Source of the DNA: a virus
Strand: one strand, 5' to 3'
IMG/VR virus record: IMGVR_UViG_3300045996_003161
DNA: 64,000 nt
Position numbers and translations under genes: made by a program. The notes below the pieces were generated by a model, which made no database searches, was not told the origin of the DNA, and saw only the letters and a program-made list of their open reading frames with translations. Of this stretch, positions 17,475 to 25,424 are shown piece after piece; within the stretch, counting starts at the first letter, position 1; every line of letters starts with the position of its first letter.

Positions 17475-18078
17475 GTGTGAACACCAAATGTGCTGTTAGA
17501 GATCCTGTAGTTCCAGTTCCAGAAGTTTGTTGTAACGTAAGGCCATCAAGTCCGCCCGGTCGTAATTGTATTGCAGAACCATTTCTTGAACCTGAGAATA
17601 TTACATATACTCCTGCTGTGTTAACTGAAAAGGTAGCTCCTCCAAGTATATAAGGGGTTACTGGAGCAGGTGTTTGAAATATACTTACTGTGGCTCCAGT
17701 TTTTACGAGTACATCATTTGGGATTGCTGTGTTATTTGGATAATCAGCGGCATATTTCAATATTGAAAGATCTGTTCCTCCAGTTGGAACGGTATTAATA
17801 TATCCTAATTGTAATGTTACTACATGGTTAGCTAAAGTCCTTGGATAAACATATACTTCTTGAATTCTAATTCTCTTTGTTGCTAATCTATTGAAAATAG
17901 AAATAATATTTTTATTTAGTGCAGGAGCAACGTTATCGGCTACTGCTTGATATGTAGGGATATCCGCTGTTAACGTTTCTTGAACATTAATCGATGTACC
18001 TGAGAAATCAGGATGTTGATTAGTTTCAAAAACGACAAGTTTCTTACCGTCTGGTAAATCTATGACACTTTCGGGCAT
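17467..18078 (-). CDS. Putative virion structural protein (beta-rich)
   Basis: T/G/V-rich; TAGTT motif 31 nt upstream. Confidence 0.6.
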   Translation of the reverse strand: MPESVIDLPDGKKLVVFETNQHPDFSGTSINVQETLTADIPTYQAVADNVAPALNKNIISIFNRLATKRIRIQEVYVYPRTLANHVVTLQLGYINTVPTGGTDLSILKYAADYPNNTAIPNDVLVKTGATVSIFQTPAPVTPYILGGATFSVNTAGVYVIFSGSRNGSAIQLRPGGLDGLTLQQTSGTGTTGSLTAHLVFTLD

Positions 18079-18131
18079 ACAAAAAAATATAGAGTGACGA
18101 ATTAAAGATAACTATGAAAAATTAGGGATTA

Positions 18132-19190
18132 TTAGAAAACTATCTCTTTCCAATTAGGATCTGTTTTAGTTTTAATCCATTCTTTACGTTTTATACCTCT
18201 GCTATACCAAACGATTATTACTTTGTTATAGCCGTTCATGTTTTCGTATGAACGCATTTTTATTTTTGCGTCACTTTCTAGTATTTTCTTTTCAATTTCA
18301 ATTGCTACAAGTTGATTATTTTCAGCATAAATAATATCTGGAACCGGTTTACGAGTTATAACGTAACTTTCTAGTCCTCTTTCATGTGCGTCACTGATTA
18401 CTATATCCCAATCACATTTTACCGGAATTCCTCTTTTTGATTGACTTATTTTGAGTCTTGTTTCTTCGGATCTTGGTATCCCTATATGTGGTTTGGATTT
18501 TCCTGTAAGAGATTCACTTATTTTCATTTTTACATCTTCTGGGGTTTCTTTACCTATTCTAGATTCATGGTAACATTCTTGTGAACAATACATACCATCT
18601 CCATATTCTTTGACACGTCTATTGTATATCCACCTTAATTGTTGAAATTTCTTTTTACATTTTTCATTTTTACAAATTAATACAACTATGGGTGGGTCAT
18701 GTCCTTGTTCTTGGTATAATCTTTTTCTTGTTTCACTTATTTTCTTTTTATGTTCTTCTGATAATGTTTTATTTTTTCTCCCACGTTGAGGACAAGATTT
18801 ATCTATTTGTGAGTTACCTATTTTTTCTTTTCTCTCCTCAGTAAATTTTACTCCAGTTAAACTACATTTAATTGAACAAAAAATTTCTTTTCGTTTATTT
18901 CTATTTATTCTATGGTTATATTCCCATTGTTTCATTGTAAGTGGTTTATTGCATTGTGAACATTCAACTGTAATGGTTGGTGATAAATTACGTGTACCTT
19001 CATTATATGATTTTTTTAATGCAGTAGTTAATTTATTTCGTGTTTCTTGTGTTGGTTTTTTACCTAATTGGCCACATTCTTTTGAACAAAAAATTCCTCT
19101 TCCATTGTTTCGTTTTAAACGGTAGTTATACCACCATTCATTGATTATTATATCTTTAGAACATGTTGTACATTTTACATTAATTTCCAT
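18132..19190 (-). CDS. Free-standing homing endonuclease-like protein: NUMOD3/Cys repeats plus C-terminal PD-(D/E)xK-like domain
   Basis: SEE(H/T)K.KIS repeats; CSKEC, CSIKC and CSQEC; PDIIY...AIEIEK. Confidence 0.7.
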   Translation of the reverse strand: MEINVKCTTCSKDIIINEWWYNYRLKRNNGRGIFCSKECGQLGKKPTQETRNKLTTALKKSYNEGTRNLSPTITVECSQCNKPLTMKQWEYNHRINRNKRKEIFCSIKCSLTGVKFTEERKEKIGNSQIDKSCPQRGRKNKTLSEEHKKKISETRKRLYQEQGHDPPIVVLICKNEKCKKKFQQLRWIYNRRVKEYGDGMYCSQECYHESRIGKETPEDVKMKISESLTGKSKPHIGIPRSEETRLKISQSKRGIPVKCDWDIVISDAHERGLESYVITRKPVPDIIYAENNQLVAIEIEKKILESDAKIKMRSYENMNGYNKVIIVWYSRGIKRKEWIKTKTDPNWKEIVF

Positions 19191-19277
19191 AAAAAATATA
19201 TAGGGGGAGCAGTATATAAAGATTACTGCTATTAGAATGTGTTTTGGGTTATTAACCTAATGTTAAAGTTCAGGTAT

Positions 19278-19751
19278 TTATCCCAAAGTCAAAGTCCACG
19301 ACACCTGAAGTGTATCATTTGTTGCAAGCGTGACGGGTGTGAACGTATTTTCATGCGTCATTGTTCCAGCACTTGATGCGTTGAACAATGCAGCTTTTTG
19401 AACAGCAGTATGAGTACCTGATGCGGTAAATGTGATTGCTAATGTTGTAGTATTTGTACCTGCACTGTGAGTTCTTGTTGTAGCTTGTGCACGACCTAAA
19501 CCGTTAGTTGTAATTTCAGAGGTCAGTGTTGTATCTCCTGCCGCTGGTGAACCAGTATCGGTTGTAACAGCTATATAATTTCCGCCTATTGTTCCTGCCG
19601 ATGTGTTAGTATAAACTTGAGCATGGAAAAAGTCTCTTCCACCGTTAGTCAATAAGTTTGGTTTATTTTTGACAATTGTTTCCCACTTGTCAGAATTTGC
19701 TCTTTTAACTAAAACGGTTAAATATCCATGAATATTTGCATCTGGGTACAT
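19278..19751 (-). CDS. Virion tail/collar-type structural protein
   Basis: YIAV.TDTGSPAAGDTTL.SE...ALFNASSAGTM...L...DTLQVSWTL; likely start ATG 19751 just after the upstream stop. Confidence 0.7.
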   Translation of the reverse strand: MYPDANIHGYLTVLVKRANSDKWETIVKNKPNLLTNGGRDFFHAQVYTNTSAGTIGGNYIAVTTDTGSPAAGDTTLTSEITTNGLGRAQATTRTHSAGTNTTTLAITFTASGTHTAVQKAALFNASSAGTMTHENTFTPVTLATNDTLQVSWTLTLG

Positions 19752-19752
19752 C

Positions 19753-19971
19753 TTAGCTGATCTCCCCCTTGCATTCTTCACAAATCGGTGATTTTCCAAA
19801 TGGCAAATTATCAAAGGTTACTTCCTTTTTGCACATGGCACATGGTTTTGCACCAACTTCAACTATTCCTGTTTCTTTGGCATGTTTTTCCCATTCTTCG
19901 GGATCTGTAGTTTCAAAGGAGTATTCTTCTCTATAATCAATGAATTTTCCTCCACCTTCTATAAACGACAT
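19753..19971 (-). CDS. Small Zn-finger protein
   Basis: CAMC...CEEC; TAGTT motif 31 nt upstream. Confidence 0.7.
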   Translation of the reverse strand: MSFIEGGGKFIDYREEYSFETTDPEEWEKHAKETGIVEVGAKPCAMCKKEVTFDNLPFGKSPICEECKGEIS

Positions 19972-20053
19972 ATGAGTGTAGATAGAAGTTCTAATTAATG
20001 ATAACTATGAGAAAAAATGTAAAGTTTATAAATGATAAAACTAACTTTAATTA

Positions 20054-20560
20054 ATGCCTAAAGGAAAGCCGGATCTATATAAAAGACAATTTAAAGGTAA
20101 ATTTAGAAAATGTAAATGTGGATGTGGTGAAATAATTCCATATTTAAATAGTGCTAATAGGTTTATCAAATATAAATTAAGTCATAATTTAAAAAAATTT
20201 CATTTTAAAGGGGGTCAAGATAGTCCAAGATGGAAAGGTGGTAAAATTACTATGCCTGATGGTTATGTTAGAATATTAGTTCCAAATAATTATTATACAG
20301 ATCATTCTAGTAGATTCATTTATAAAAGTGGTTATATGATGGAACATCGTTTAGTGTGGGAACAATATCATAATGTTTGTTTACTTTCGTGGGCTCATGT
20401 TCATCATAAGAATGGTATTAAATATGATAATAAAATTGAAAATTTAGAAGCGATGATGGAAGGAAAACATGCTATCATCCATTTAATAGAAAATAATTTT
20501 CATATTGGAAAGAGAGATTATTCTAAATCTAAGAAGGCATTACGAATTTCGTTAAAATGA
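20054..20560 (+). CDS. Free-standing HNH homing endonuclease
   Basis: CKCGCG N-terminus; EHRLVWEQ; HVHHKNGIKYDNKIENLE. Confidence 0.9.
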   Translation: MPKGKPDLYKRQFKGKFRKCKCGCGEIIPYLNSANRFIKYKLSHNLKKFHFKGGQDSPRWKGGKITMPDGYVRILVPNNYYTDHSSRFIYKSGYMMEHRLVWEQYHNVCLLSWAHVHHKNGIKYDNKIENLEAMMEGKHAIIHLIENNFHIGKRDYSKSKKALRISLK

Positions 20561-21020
20561 CTTGTATTGTCATCATTGAATGAAATATAGTACTTGTATT
20601 ATCCTCTTCATCGATTCGCCTAAAATTAATTGGAACAATAAGTGATATACCAAAAGCCGGAAAACCTCCAACTGATGTAGCGATTATTCTTGATACTTCT
20701 TTGTTAAGATTTGTCATGGTTTGAGGATATTGTTCGCTTAATTCCCTACAGAAAGTATGAATTTCTATAAATAATGAATGATCCCATACTTTATTACCCA
20801 GAGCTGCTGATCCCATAATATCTGCATTAAGTAGCACGGATATTACATAATCATGTCCATTATCATACCAATCAGTGTTAAAGTGTACATTCTTGAATTC
20901 ATTTGGATCATCTATAGGAGGATTATTTATCGCCCAAGAAGATTTAAGTTTATCAATAATTATTTTAAGTACTTGATTATTAGAAATGTTAGGTTTATTA
21001 CCCCCTAAAACTATAGGCAT
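20529..21020 (-). CDS. Tail terminator/completion-like protein (intact copy)
   Basis: Size and position next to the tail tube; paralogy with the split copy at 12098-12613. Confidence 0.65.
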   Translation of the reverse strand: MPIVLGGNKPNISNNQVLKIIIDKLKSSWAINNPPIDDPNEFKNVHFNTDWYDNGHDYVISVLLNADIMGSAALGNKVWDHSLFIEIHTFCRELSEQYPQTMTNLNKEVSRIIATSVGGFPAFGISLIVPINFRRIDEEDNTSTIFHSMMTIQVILTKFVMPS

Positions 21021-21042
21021 AGAAAAACAAACTTATCGTTGT

Positions 21043-21696
21043 CTAATAGGAAGTATTTTCAAACTTTAGTAAAAAATTATTGTGAGCGTTTCTTATTATC
21101 CAATTTTCTTCTGTACAAAGATTTCTATTATGCATAATTTTTATTCCTGAAACTGTAATATGGAAAGAATCTGGAGCAAATATACCTATTTGATTTGTTT
21201 GTGTTTTTTTTATTGGAATAGCATGTTTATTTTGGTAATATGTAAATTCCCATGGATTATGATAAACTAAAGGAAAATCTACATATGCTTCGGGGGAATC
21301 ATCTCGTTGGAGTTTAAGTTTATAGAGATTTTTGTGTTTGAAATCATAACTCTTTATTCTTTCATATGAAAGCAGAAATTTTTCCCAATCTCCTTCAATA
21401 TATTCATCTGAATCAATAATGATTAAGTTATCTGTTTTGCAAAGGTTTTTAACTAACTTACGTTTGTCTACTTCATAATCATTGGGTCTATCAATAATTT
21501 TGACTTTATCAAAGTTTTGTAGATATTCTCTGCTACCGTCAGTTGAAAGTTGATTAAATTCTGTTCCCATTTTATGTTTTCCGTCAACTGCGATTACTTC
21601 ATCTACATAGTCTATATATGTAGGTAGACTACGTTGTAAATTCCTCAAACAATTAAAGAACAATAATTCTACTGTGAATCCGCTCTTTTTTGCCAT
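21043..21696 (-). CDS. GT2-like glycosyltransferase
   Basis: L.RSL..Y..YVDEVIAVDG...S.DGS..Y; IIIDSDEY (DxD). Confidence 0.8.
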   Translation of the reverse strand: MAKKSGFTVELLFFNCLRNLQRSLPTYIDYVDEVIAVDGKHKMGTEFNQLSTDGSREYLQNFDKVKIIDRPNDYEVDKRKLVKNLCKTDNLIIIDSDEYIEGDWEKFLLSYERIKSYDFKHKNLYKLKLQRDDSPEAYVDFPLVYHNPWEFTYYQNKHAIPIKKTQTNQIGIFAPDSFHITVSGIKIMHNRNLCTEENWIIRNAHNNFLLKFENTSY

Positions 21697-21947
21697 TCTA
21701 AAAGATAGTTTTTCACATCTTCAAATGTATTAAATTCTTTATGATCTTCAAACCTTAGATAGTAATTATTTAGAATTTTACTGACAGTTACACGATATTT
21801 AGTTAAAGATTGATCAAATAGTCTACGATCTTCAACTGCAAATATACTAGCAAGTTCAACTGATAACCTTGATTCAACATTAATTACATACTTCTCATTA
21901 TTGATAGAAAATGTAATTTGATATGTAGGGTTAAGTATTTCTTTCAA
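21669..21947 (-). CDS. Hypothetical protein
   Basis: ORF track. Confidence 0.5.
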   Translation of the reverse strand: MKEILNPTYQITFSINNEKYVINVESRLSVELASIFAVEDRRLFDQSLTKYRVTVSKILNNYYLRFEDHKEFNTFEDVKNYLLEWQKRADSQ

Positions 21948-21992
21948 TATTTATAATACTTCTCTTTTTTACGAACTTATAAAGTTTTCTGT

Positions 21993-22895
21993 ATGGTAGA
22001 ATATATTCCAACAGGCTCGTGGGAATACGTAAAACAACCTCAATTCGTTGAGGAAGTCGTATACGGAACGTTGCCTCTCGCTAATACAACTTTTACATCT
22101 TGTGGACTTATCACAGAGGTTACTCGTGAGTTCACTATAGAAAACGAACAATATAGAATTCTTGGTTCAAGGGATATTCATACACAGATTAAATTGGGAG
22201 AACAGCACACTTTTTCATTTAAATACCGACCACAAAACATGGTACTTGCAAAGTATGGAACTGATTTGCCTGTAGGAACAGGAACAAATGCTAAGAGTAT
22301 CAGTATTCTTGTCTCAAAAAATGTTGATGGAGTAGAGAAATTCAAAGTCTTTACTGGTGTAAAAACCGCATCAATTACAATTGAAATTACAAGAGCTTCT
22401 GGTGTTAATGTTACTCAAAACTTCAAGTGTAAGAATATTACTGAATGGGGAACTGCTCCTGTATTTACAGGAACTACAACTTATGCAACATTAAGTGCCG
22501 CTGATCCATGGACTGGAATTTCATCCGGTGTAGATCCATTGACTATTGATGCTGTTGCTTATGATACACCAAGATTCAGTGTTACTGTTGATCAAGGTTT
22601 ACAAGAACTGAAACCAAATGGCCAATTAACACTTAAATACTTGTTCGCAACCAACAGAACAATTACAGTTGACTTTGATACATGGGTTAAAGATACAGTA
22701 TTGAATGCTGCACAGGCTGCTTATACAGCTCAGGCCGCAGAGTACATGTTGAATAACAGTACGCAAGATACTAAGCTGGTCTTTACATCACTCAAGTTCG
22801 ACTCAGCTTCTGAAGGTGATACTGCTGGTGGAGCCGAATTTACAATGGCTAAATTCAGTGGTACAGCAAAAACAATGACGATAACAGTCGTCTAA
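21993..22895 (+). CDS. Tail tube (major tail) protein
   Basis: EE..YGT N-terminus, beta-rich 300 aa, upstream of chaperone and tape measure. Confidence 0.85.
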   Translation: MVEYIPTGSWEYVKQPQFVEEVVYGTLPLANTTFTSCGLITEVTREFTIENEQYRILGSRDIHTQIKLGEQHTFSFKYRPQNMVLAKYGTDLPVGTGTNAKSISILVSKNVDGVEKFKVFTGVKTASITIEITRASGVNVTQNFKCKNITEWGTAPVFTGTTTYATLSAADPWTGISSGVDPLTIDAVAYDTPRFSVTVDQGLQELKPNGQLTLKYLFATNRTITVDFDTWVKDTVLNAAQAAYTAQAAEYMLNNSTQDTKLVFTSLKFDSASEGDTAGGAEFTMAKFSGTAKTMTITVV

Positions 22896-22900
22896 ACTCA

Positions 22901-22908
22901 TTTTTTTT
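22901..22908 (+). terminator. Archaeal-type oligo-T terminator after the tail tube gene (similar tracts at 23580, 54183 and 57693)
   Basis: T8-T9 runs directly after stop codons. Confidence 0.6.
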
Positions 22909-22946
22909 CGAAACTTTTATATTACTGATTAACTATTAATTACTTA

Positions 22947-23579
22947 ATGAATAAAAATATTTCATTAGCTTTATTGCTCCTAGCTCTTATGCTAACAGCA
23001 ACGGCTTCACTTAATATAAACGTTTCTGCTGAAGAAGGCGGAGATGGTGGCGATTCTGGAGGAGACTCTGGAGGCGATAGCGGAGGGGATTCCGGCGGCG
23101 ATAGCGGCGATAGTGGCGATAGCGGTGGAGACTCAGGAGGCGATGACGGTGGAGATTCCGGCGACAGCGGCGATGACGGTGGAGATGATAGCGGATCAGA
23201 CGATGGAGGAGATACGGATACAGGCGGAAATGACGATGGAACGGATGGCGGAACTGGAGGAAACGACGATGGAACTGGTACGGACGATGGTACAGGCGGA
23301 AATGACGATGACAACGATGGAGACGGTGATGGCCGAGATAACGATGATGATGATGATAGAGATGATAAAGACAAAAATAAAAAAGTTATAATCAAAAAGA
23401 AGACAGTATATAGAGATGACGATGATGACGATGATGATGACAACAAAAACTATTATTACTATCAACCACCAAATTATGCACAGGGCGAAAATAGCGAAAT
23501 CTATAAATTCTGTGTATTACTCAAATCAAGTGGAGATCTAAATAAAGACTTTAATTGTCTGCAATTTCTCCCACCTTAA
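22947..23579 (+). CDS. Secreted low-complexity Gly/Asp/Ser-repeat protein
   Basis: Signal peptide; (GGDS)n and GGNDD repeats; poly-Asp; C-terminal Cys pair; canonical TATA promoter and T-tract terminator. Confidence 0.8.
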   Translation: MNKNISLALLLLALMLTATASLNINVSAEEGGDGGDSGGDSGGDSGGDSGGDSGDSGDSGGDSGGDDGGDSGDSGDDGGDDSGSDDGGDTDTGGNDDGTDGGTGGNDDGTGTDDGTGGNDDDNDGDGDGRDNDDDDDRDDKDKNKKVIIKKKTVYRDDDDDDDDDNKNYYYYQPPNYAQGENSEIYKFCVLLKSSGDLNKDFNCLQFLPP

Positions 23580-23586
23580 TTTTTTT

Positions 23587-23976
23587 TTAACAAGTTTTAA
23601 AATTTATAGGTTGACCTTCTACTAGTCCGCATATTTTACATACTATATGATATTTTGCATAACCATAATATCCACTATCATAATATTCATTATGCGGTTT
23701 ACCATGTTCACACCAATTTCCATATATACAATGTGGCCCTTGTCCTGTTTGAGTTTTTTCCCATTCATGAGGACAGTTAGCATAAACTAGTAATGTAGCT
23801 TTATTCTTAATTCTACATATTTTTTCATGATATTCACGATTAGTTGATTCTAGATCAGATATTTGTTGTGTTAATACACCTATTTCAGAAATATTAATTT
23901 TGATCTTACTCTCTAATTCTTTAATGTATTGTATGTCTTCATATGCAAGAAATTTATTTAATTGCTCATCTTTCAT
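23587..23976 (-). CDS. Coiled-coil plus Cys/His metal-binding protein
   Basis: CPHEW...C...CEH...CKIC. Confidence 0.7.
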   Translation of the reverse strand: MKDEQLNKFLAYEDIQYIKELESKIKINISEIGVLTQQISDLESTNREYHEKICRIKNKATLLVYANCPHEWEKTQTGQGPHCIYGNWCEHGKPHNEYYDSGYYGYAKYHIVCKICGLVEGQPINFKTC

Positions 23977-24023
23977 TGATTTTTATACTTCTTTTCTGTT
24001 TATAACCTTTTCCCCCTTTATAT

Positions 24024-24491
24024 ATGTCTGAAGAGGAAAAAACTCCTATAGAAGAAGCAGCCGTAGATTATACAAAACACTACCGAAAATATTATGAAGA
24101 ATTAGCTGGAGTAAGAATGAAAGAAGTTACTAAATTAGCTAAAGAAGATCAATTTAATATTGATATCTTTGATGAAAAATCCGGTGAGTGGACAAGTAAA
24201 CCTTTTAAATATAGAGAAATTCCAACAAAGAAATGGATGGAATTAGAAGAATTACGTTCTCGTTATACTGATCTAGAAAAAGTTGCCGCAACAAAATTAT
24301 TGGTTGCGAAAGATCAAAATACATATGATTATGCTCAACAGTTAAATAAATTATTAAGTGAATTATATCAAAAAAGTGCTAAATACTTTTTAGGCATGGA
24401 AGAATACGAATTTGATAATTCCAAATGGACTCAAGTAAAAAGTATTATAGACGCTTGTAACCATAGAACAATCTTTACCCTCCCAAACTAA
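24024..24491 (+). CDS. Tail assembly chaperone (gpG-like)
   Basis: Between tube and tape measure; ends in slippery C-CCA-AAC-TAA. Confidence 0.75.
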   Translation: MSEEEKTPIEEAAVDYTKHYRKYYEELAGVRMKEVTKLAKEDQFNIDIFDEKSGEWTSKPFKYREIPTKKWMELEELRSRYTDLEKVAATKLLVAKDQNTYDYAQQLNKLLSELYQKSAKYFLGMEEYEFDNSKWTQVKSIIDACNHRTIFTLPN

Positions 24492-24766
24492 GTCAGCAAA
24501 TCCGCCAGTACTTCTTATCCGAAGGTGGGGTAAGAGCTGAGGATTTGAATGCTAAAGAAAAACTTTTCCTAAAGATTTGGGAAAGATTTCAAGTATGTAA
24601 AATGTTACCTCATGAATGGCTTACTGATGGTGAAGTTATCGAGGAACATATGAATGGACTTGTTGAAATGCATAAATTACATAACAAGAAATTACAGATG
24701 GAAGCTGATCTTGCACAAAAGAAATCTGCGTCAAGAGGTGGAACATCCGTTCAAAGAGGATTTTAG
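24024..24766 (+). CDS. Tail assembly chaperone -1 frameshift product (gpGT-like)
   Basis: Heptamer CCCAAAC at 24482-24488; the -1 frame reads KLSQQIRQYFLSEGGVRAEDLNAKEK... in frame with ORF 24545..24766. Confidence 0.75.
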
Positions 24767-24798
24767 TTCACAAAAAGGACATTTACGTTACATTTTTT

Positions 24799-25362
24799 AT
24801 GCCGATGAAACTTCAAGGCTTCGAACAATGGGAGACTAAACTAAAGAATGCTGAAAAAGCTTTAGGTTTCGTGCCGGCCGCTACACTTAGCGAAGTAATG
24901 AAGATTGGTTTCAAAATCGCATACGACGAGGCACCTCAAGGAGAAACGGGATTCTTGAAATCATCTATCAATTACGAAATTTTTATGACCAGTTCAGGAG
25001 AAGTTGGAGAGTTAAGAGCTGATGCTCCATATGCGGGATATGTTAATGATGGAACATCACGTAGGAAACGTGTGCCGTTTTTCTCTAATGCGGTAATAGC
25101 AATGAATATTGCCGTTTTTCGTATTTTAGAGAAAAATACTAAAGCTGCGTTAGAGGGTAACGTAACTAAAGTATTTGAACGAACTGAAGGTAAAAGAGGT
25201 GGAAATCCTCAACTAAGGTCACGTAAGCACTTGTATCAGAGTTATTCACGATCTGGTAAGAAACGTTATATTTATGCTAAAGGTAACAGACCCGGAACAG
25301 TAAAGTTCAGAGGTAAAATATATCGTGGACGAAATTATGCATCAAGGTTCGAATCTGCATAA
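24799..25362 (+). CDS. HK97-gp10-like tail completion protein with a basic C-terminal extension
   Basis: AP..TG.LK.SI, A.YA.YV..GT...PF motifs. Confidence 0.8.
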   Translation: MPMKLQGFEQWETKLKNAEKALGFVPAATLSEVMKIGFKIAYDEAPQGETGFLKSSINYEIFMTSSGEVGELRADAPYAGYVNDGTSRRKRVPFFSNAVIAMNIAVFRILEKNTKAALEGNVTKVFERTEGKRGGNPQLRSRKHLYQSYSRSGKKRYIYAKGNRPGTVKFRGKIYRGRNYASRFESA

Positions 25363-25424
25363 TCTTATATAAACTTTTCCTTACATAGTTATCTTATTCT
25401 AATCCATTAAATTTCTTTACATCT

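Noticed and set aside
12098-21947. Minus-strand structural block as a recombinase-invertible segment
   Set aside because: No flanking inverted repeats noticed and no serine or tyrosine recombinase in the window.
22940-23465. Alternative ORFs 22940..23446 (-), 23044..23391 (+) and 23196..23465 (-)
   Set aside because: Shadow frames of the low-complexity GDS gene, which has the promoter, signal peptide and terminator.
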